Of a stretch of 23,695 bases of DNA, positions 18,500-23,695 are shown piece after piece. Every line of letters starts with the position of its first letter. Positions within the stretch are counted from its first letter, which is position 1. Under the pieces are notes generated by a model. It was not told the origin of the DNA and did no database searches. It saw only the letters and a program-made list of their open reading frames with translations. Source of the DNA: Candidatus Altiarchaeota archaeon (lineage in GTDB: Archaea > Altiarchaeota > Altiarchaeia > IMC4 > SCGC-AAA252-I15). The stretch spans positions 1 to 23,695 of the forward strand of contig JBDRLL010000029.1 in assembly GCA_043813075.1 (NCBI GenBank), read 5' to 3'. A program made the position numbers and the translations under genes.

Positions 18500-19561
18500 G
18501 TGTCAAAAAAACTTTTTATTCCAGGTCCAGTGGACGTTAGTCCCGATGTTGCTGCAAAGATGAGCGAGCCCATGATGGGTCACAGAAGCAAAGAGTATGC
18601 TGAACTGCATGGGAGCCTTACTTCAGGCTTGAAGAAGCTTTTGTTCACCCAAAACCCCGTGTTCATAAGCGCCACGTCCAGCACAGGCTGGATGGAGGCT
18701 GCGATAACAAACTGTGTGGGCAGGAACTCCCTGCACATAGTGAACGGCGCGTTCAGCAGCCGCTGGTACAAGATATCAATGGCTTGCGGCAGGCAGGCCA
18801 CAAAAGTCGACGTTGAATGGGGCAGCGCCGCCAAGCCAGCTGACGTTGAGGAGCTGGTGAATAGCGGGGGTTTTGACGCGCTCTTCATAACCCACAACGA
18901 GACTTCCACCGGTGCCATGACGCCGTTGGATGGGTTCGGGAAGCTTTGCCACGACAACCAAATGCTGTTGTGTGTTGACGCAGTCAGCAGTGCGGCTGGA
19001 GTCAAGATCGAGACAGACAAGCTTGGCATAGACGTCCTAGTGACCGGCACCCAGAAGTGTTTCGCAGTCGCCCCCGGGCTGGCGTTGACTACAGTATCGC
19101 AGGCCGCGTTAGACCGGTCTAAGGAGATGCCTGGCAAGGGATACTACTTCGACTATCACGAGTACCTGAAGAAGGACGCGAAGAACAACACGCCCTCAAC
19201 ACCACCGATACCTCAGATTGCTGCATTAGACTATAAGGTCCGGAAGATACTCACTGAAGAGGGGCTCGAAAACCGGTTCAAGAGGCATAAGGAGCTCGCA
19301 GACTACACACGGAAATGGGGTATGGAGAAGTGGGAGCTTTTCACAGAGGACTGGTGCGCCTCCAACACCGTCAGCTGCATGAAGAACACTCGTGAATACG
19401 ACCTGAACGACCTGAAGTCCAAGCTTTCCGCGGCCGGCTACGAGTTCAGCAACGGATACGGGGACTTGAAGGGCAAGGCATTCAGGGTCGCCCACATGGG
19501 GGACCGGCAGATGCCAGACCTCAAAGAGTACCTTGAGGCCATCGACTCGATAGTTGGGTGA
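18500..19561 (+). CDS. Class V PLP aminotransferase (serine-pyruvate/alanine-glyoxylate family; possibly archaeal phosphoserine aminotransferase)
   Basis: FIPGP, GHRS, THNETSTG, VDAVSS, GTQKC (PLP Lys), TPSTPP, FRVAHMG; GGGGTGA RBS before GTG. Confidence 0.9.
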   Translation: MSKKLFIPGPVDVSPDVAAKMSEPMMGHRSKEYAELHGSLTSGLKKLLFTQNPVFISATSSTGWMEAAITNCVGRNSLHIVNGAFSSRWYKISMACGRQATKVDVEWGSAAKPADVEELVNSGGFDALFITHNETSTGAMTPLDGFGKLCHDNQMLLCVDAVSSAAGVKIETDKLGIDVLVTGTQKCFAVAPGLALTTVSQAALDRSKEMPGKGYYFDYHEYLKKDAKNNTPSTPPIPQIAALDYKVRKILTEEGLENRFKRHKELADYTRKWGMEKWELFTEDWCASNTVSCMKNTREYDLNDLKSKLSAAGYEFSNGYGDLKGKAFRVAHMGDRQMPDLKEYLEAIDSIVG

Positions 19562-19569
19562 GCAATGAC

Positions 19570-19644
19570 GGGTGGCTTAAAAGCAAGCCACCCCCTCAAA
19601 CACCCTCCTAACGCATAGTCATCGAGTCCAAAATCCTTTTTTTT
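19570..19644 (+). terminator. Hairpin plus T8 tract after the aminotransferase
   Basis: Perfect 9-bp stem GGGTGGCTT (19570-19578) / AAGCCACCC (19585-19593); T8 at 19637-19644. Confidence 0.55.
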
Positions 19645-19701
19645 AACGTTATTTCACATTATCTAGTTATCCAAACCCATCGGTTTTTACGCTGGTTTAA
19701 C

Positions 19702-20994
19702 ATGTCTGTCACTGGTTTACTGAAAGATAAGAATAGGCTGCTTGGCTCAATACTAATCCTGTTACTCATACTACTAATCTCCTCCTACGCTGCCATAATA
19801 TGCGTCTGGTTCTTCCTCCCGACCTACAATGAACCGGGCGAGCCGTGCGGCACCATCGACGACTTTGACAGGCTTCGTTCGCTCGGATACTTGGATTCAT
19901 TCCCCATCCAAAGCGACGATTTATGGAAGAAGGGCGTGCTATTGCACGACAGCAATCTCTCCTACCCGGGATTCAACATCTTCCATAACCGGTCCAACGG
20001 TCACATCCTCCTTCTTGACAATGATGGTGTGGTGCGTCACCGGTGGAATGTCAGCAATGATACGATAGACTTCTATCCCTCCATATTCACCATCATCAGA
20101 CTACTGGGCGACGGCAGTATACTTGTCTTAAACCATGAATACTCCCTCTCCAAGATAAGCTGGGATTCCGAACTAATCTGGCTGAGGGAGGAGCGCTTCC
20201 ACCATTACGTCAACACCGATGAAGACGGTAACATCTACGTGCTGTCAAGAGAACGATTTGCGCTCCCATGGTACCTACTTAAGACACCATTCCTTAACGA
20301 CTTCATAAACATCCTATCACCTGACGGCACCACAATAAAGACGATTCCAGTACACAGGATACTGCTCGACAGGGTAGAGAAACCCCGCATCCTACGGTTG
20401 ATTCTGAACCAGATATTCTCACTAGGGAACCCTCATGTCGGCGACGGGACAGTCTCCGACATATTCCACACAAACACCATCACGATACTGGACCGGGACG
20501 TCAATGGGCTGGGCAAGAAAGGCGATATGCTCCTCTGCATGCGCTCACTGAACATTATAGTAGTCATAGACCCTGACACAGAAGAGGTCGTCTGGAGCTG
20601 GGGTCAGGGAACACTGGACTCACCCCACAACCCGACATTACTGGACAACGGGAACATACTGATATTCGACAACGGCTACAACCGATGCTACTCACGGATA
20701 ATCGAGGTGAATCCAGTGACACGCGAAATAGCATGGGAGTATACGGCTGACCCGCCCACGTCATTCTTCTCTAAGATAATGGGTTCAAGCCAGAAGCTCC
20801 CCAACGGGAACGTGCTGATAACAGAATCCACGAAAGGCCACGTCTTCGAGATAACACATGAAGGCGAGGTCGTATGGGATTTCTGGAGCCCTGATGTCCG
20901 CCGCGATAACACCAGCAGGCGGGTGGTGTTCCTGATGGAGAGGATTAGCCCCGATTTCATCCGCTCAATCAACAAGACAATAACCCCCGGATAG
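19702..20994 (+). CDS. Membrane-anchored arylsulfotransferase (ASST)-like beta-propeller protein
   Basis: N-terminal TM anchor; FHH, DIFHTN, LCMR, PHNPTLL, FDNG, SSQKLPNGNVLITES. Confidence 0.8.
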   Translation: MSVTGLLKDKNRLLGSILILLLILLISSYAAIICVWFFLPTYNEPGEPCGTIDDFDRLRSLGYLDSFPIQSDDLWKKGVLLHDSNLSYPGFNIFHNRSNGHILLLDNDGVVRHRWNVSNDTIDFYPSIFTIIRLLGDGSILVLNHEYSLSKISWDSELIWLREERFHHYVNTDEDGNIYVLSRERFALPWYLLKTPFLNDFINILSPDGTTIKTIPVHRILLDRVEKPRILRLILNQIFSLGNPHVGDGTVSDIFHTNTITILDRDVNGLGKKGDMLLCMRSLNIIVVIDPDTEEVVWSWGQGTLDSPHNPTLLDNGNILIFDNGYNRCYSRIIEVNPVTREIAWEYTADPPTSFFSKIMGSSQKLPNGNVLITESTKGHVFEITHEGEVVWDFWSPDVRRDNTSRRVVFLMERISPDFIRSINKTITPG

Positions 20995-21032
20995 CGTGTT
21001 TTTATTGTGTCTTTCACATTATTTGTCTGAAG

Positions 21033-21983
21033 ATGGCCTACGTTATCGCTGTTTCATGGATTCCCCGCTCCAACGTCCACATGTACGAGACATACTCAGG
21101 CCTCAAGAAGACTAAACTCGACGTCAAAGACATATCATACGACCGGGAGCTCAGCTTCACACTACCCAAAGTAAGGGGATACGAGAACGTAAGGTTCACG
21201 CAGGACTGGAGCGGACTGCACTCCTTCCAGGTAGAACTACCTGACGACGACGTTATCAGCAAGTCAAGGGAGTTCATGGCAGCCATGCAGGTCGCCCTAG
21301 TGGAAGACCTGTTCAAGGAATGCCATACAGTCACCTACAAGCAGGTGGTAAACGACATAGTACCCATAAACTTCCACGTAATCATCTTCAGCGGGCGGAA
21401 GCCAGACCTCGAAGGATACTCAGAGAAAAAGGCGGGCAGCCTGACGTTCTACTACGACCCACGGGGACTATACGACAGCGGCACAATATCCTACGTCCAC
21501 GGTCAGGGCGGACGTGAGATAATGGACGTCCTCATGTACCACGCCTACTGCGAGGTAGTCTGCGACTTCATCCTCAGCATGCAGAAGAAGATGACCCGCC
21601 TATACCATGAGGCAGACTCCGCGGTAACCCAGATAGAGTCCGCCACCGAATTCAAGGCCATACGAGACTCCATACTCGTCGTCGACGAAGTCCTAAAGGA
21701 GTCGGCTGAAAGCTACGGGAAACTCAAGCAGGCCCGCTCCAACATGGGATTGAAGAGGGCGGCCTTCAGGGAGCAGCACTTCACAGGACTAGACCAGGAG
21801 ATAGTCGACGCACTCGACATAGACTACTACTTCAAGGCCCTGATTTCAGACGCAGACTACGCGATGTCCCTCTGGAGCGACGTCCTAATAGAATACATAA
21901 AGAATGTGGGCGAGACGTTCGACGCCAGACTCATGATGATATCAGCGGAAGGCAAGGGAAAGGGCAGCATATGGCCATTCTAA
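21033..21983 (+). CDS. Hypothetical soluble protein (316 aa)
   Basis: Long ORF with strong coding-like codon bias; no motif recognised. Confidence 0.75.
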   Translation: MAYVIAVSWIPRSNVHMYETYSGLKKTKLDVKDISYDRELSFTLPKVRGYENVRFTQDWSGLHSFQVELPDDDVISKSREFMAAMQVALVEDLFKECHTVTYKQVVNDIVPINFHVIIFSGRKPDLEGYSEKKAGSLTFYYDPRGLYDSGTISYVHGQGGREIMDVLMYHAYCEVVCDFILSMQKKMTRLYHEADSAVTQIESATEFKAIRDSILVVDEVLKESAESYGKLKQARSNMGLKRAAFREQHFTGLDQEIVDALDIDYYFKALISDADYAMSLWSDVLIEYIKNVGETFDARLMMISAEGKGKGSIWPF

Positions 21984-22023
21984 CAGATAAAAACACCTGT
22001 TCTAAAAAGACTAACACCACAAG

Positions 22024-22800
22024 ATGTTGACTAAGCGCGTCATACCCTGCTTGGACTGTGACTTGAGCGTTCCCGAGGGCAGAGTCGTCAAGGGCGTGAA
22101 GTTCAAGCAGATACGGTATGCGGGCGTCCCATGGGAGATGGCGTCGCAATACAGCCGTGACGGAGCCGATGAGATAGTGTTCCTCGACATAACAGCCTCC
22201 CACGAGAGAAGGCAGACCATGATGGACGTCATCCGCAAGACCGCGGAGGAAGTGTTCATCCCACTGACCGTCGGCGGCGGCATCAAGACGCTCGACGACA
22301 TACAGGGGATACTCCGTGCCGGCGCAGACAAGATAACAGTCAACACGACCGCCATAAAGAACCCGGATTTCCTCAGGCAAGCCTCCGGGAAGTTCGGCAA
22401 CCAGTGCATAGTCGTCGCCATAGACTCCAAGCGCACAGGCAAAACACCCTCCGGCCACGAATGCAGCATCTACGGCGGCCGTGAGATGACTGGATTAGAC
22501 ACTCTCGAGTGGGCTGGGCGTGTTGAGGAGCTTGGTGCTGGCGAGATAATGCTGACCAGCATGGACTGTGACGGCACCAAGGAGGGATTCGACCTGCAGC
22601 TGACCCGGCTAATCAGCGAAAATGTGGGGATACCGGTGATAGCGTCCGGCGGAGTCGGCAGCCCCCATCACATGCTGGAGGCATTCACTAAAGGCAAGGC
22701 TGACGCGGCGCTCGCAGCCTCAATATTCCACTTCAACGAGCATCCAATACATGTGGTTAAGGAGTATCTCAGGGAAAATGGTGTTTGCGTGCGTTTATGA
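22024..22800 (+). CDS. hisF: Imidazole glycerol phosphate synthase cyclase subunit
   Basis: [62 protein letters not shown]. Confidence 0.97.
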   Translation: MLTKRVIPCLDCDLSVPEGRVVKGVKFKQIRYAGVPWEMASQYSRDGADEIVFLDITASHERRQTMMDVIRKTAEEVFIPLTVGGGIKTLDDIQGILRAGADKITVNTTAIKNPDFLRQASGKFGNQCIVVAIDSKRTGKTPSGHECSIYGGREMTGLDTLEWAGRVEELGAGEIMLTSMDCDGTKEGFDLQLTRLISENVGIPVIASGGVGSPHHMLEAFTKGKADAALAASIFHFNEHPIHVVKEYLRENGVCVRL

Positions 22801-23695
22801 CGATGAAGATTAAGAGGTCACACATGCTCAAGGCGTCACTAGCCTTATCCCTTCTCATCCTATGTCTCCTTGTTCTCGACGCTATTCTACCCACATACAC
22901 TGCCCTTGATTACCCTGTCTGTCAGACTCCAGAGTCTTCTGGAGCCGTCGAACTGAGGGGTCTAGGCTATATAGACTCCATGCCAGTCTTAAAGGATGAT
23001 TTAATGAAGGATGGCGTCATATACTATGACCCTAACATGTCCTACCATGGGTTTAACCTTTTCTCGTACTCTAGCTCTCAAGTCGCGTACTTGATTGACA
23101 TGAATGGGAATATGGTTTATAACTGGTCTCTAAACGTCTCCCATACAATAAGGCATGTTGAACTCGGCCCTGATGGGGATATATATGTTTCCACAGATCA
23201 TCTGTACCGGTTTGACCGTGATTCAAAATTGCTATTGGAGACTAGTGTGGAGTCGCACCATGACTTAGATCTCTCTGAGGATGGCCGGATATACACTCCA
23301 TCGAGGTTCTATAAAAGGTGGGTGTTCCCGCACTACCTTTTTTTCCTTAACTATTGTGTCCTCATCATTGACTCTGATGGTAGGGTCATGGATGGTATCC
23401 TGTTGTTTGACAGGTTCTGGTATAAGGTTCCGTTAACCCGGTATGCGCGGATATTCCAGGACCTGGTAATGCGGAGGCTTCACCCAACCTCTGACTCTCC
23501 AGCAGATATTTTCCATGTGAACACTGTTTCCGTCATAACCCGGGATGTTCCAGGACTTGCGGAAAAAGGCGACATACTAGTCTGTCTCCGAGACCTGGAT
23601 TTGATAGCCATACTCGACGGGGATACTGGCGATGTCGTATGGGGGTGGGGTGAAGGCGTCTTAGACCGCCCCCACAAGCCTGTTCTACTGGATAA
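22797..23695 (+). CDS. Second arylsulfotransferase-like protein (partial, runs off the window end)
   Basis: Manual translation from ATG 22797 (ATGA overlap with hisF): TM anchor, [54 protein letters not shown]. Collinear with 19702-20994. Confidence 0.8.
   Translation, partial: MTMKIKRSHMLKASLALSLLILCLLVLDAILPTYTALDYPVCQTPESSGAVELRGLGYIDSMPVLKDDLMKDGVIYYDPNMSYHGFNLFSYSSSQVAYLIDMNGNMVYNWSLNVSHTIRHVELGPDGDIYVSTDHLYRFDRDSKLLLETSVESHHDLDLSEDGRIYTPSRFYKRWVFPHYLFFLNYCVLIIDSDGRVMDGILLFDRFWYKVPLTRYARIFQDLVMRRLHPTSDSPADIFHVNTVSVITRDVPGLAEKGDILVCLRDLDLIAILDGDTGDVVWGWGEGVLDRPHKPVLLD

Overview
Archaeal chromosomal segment, judged by the type II GAPDH, methanogen-type CimA and HisF, GGTGA/GGAGG ribosome-binding sites and TATA-like promoters; the exact lineage cannot be fixed from this window. 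The left end (minus strand) is a CDP-3,6-dideoxyhexose-type sugar cluster: an rfbF remnant, rfbG, rfbH with an unusual ~100-aa N-terminal extension, a mutase-like flavoprotein and a partial DUF707-like gene. Next come cimA, a wzm-wzt-Mo-oxidoreductase unit and a leuC-leuD-leuB operon with inserted genes. The rest alternates housekeeping genes (gap, DUF434, class V aminotransferase, hisF) with membrane glycan-modifying genes (two GT-C-like, two arylsulfotransferase-like). The top finding is a 25-codon ORF missing from the ORF track (4783-4860, MAYANLNQHGMILDIISIDAITIGG, 6 Ile in 12 codons). It lies between a TATA box and cimA, the entry enzyme of isoleucine synthesis, and is followed by a C-rich stretch and a T7 tract, making it a candidate archaeal Ile-sensing leader-peptide attenuator. 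Other notable items are a probable degenerate PemK/MazF-fold domain fused to RfbH, the frameshifted rfbF fragment, and a doubly coupled small ORF with one internal TAA between leuD and leuB. Family assignments come from motif recognition, not database searches. No rRNA, tRNA, CRISPR array or mobile element was recognised.
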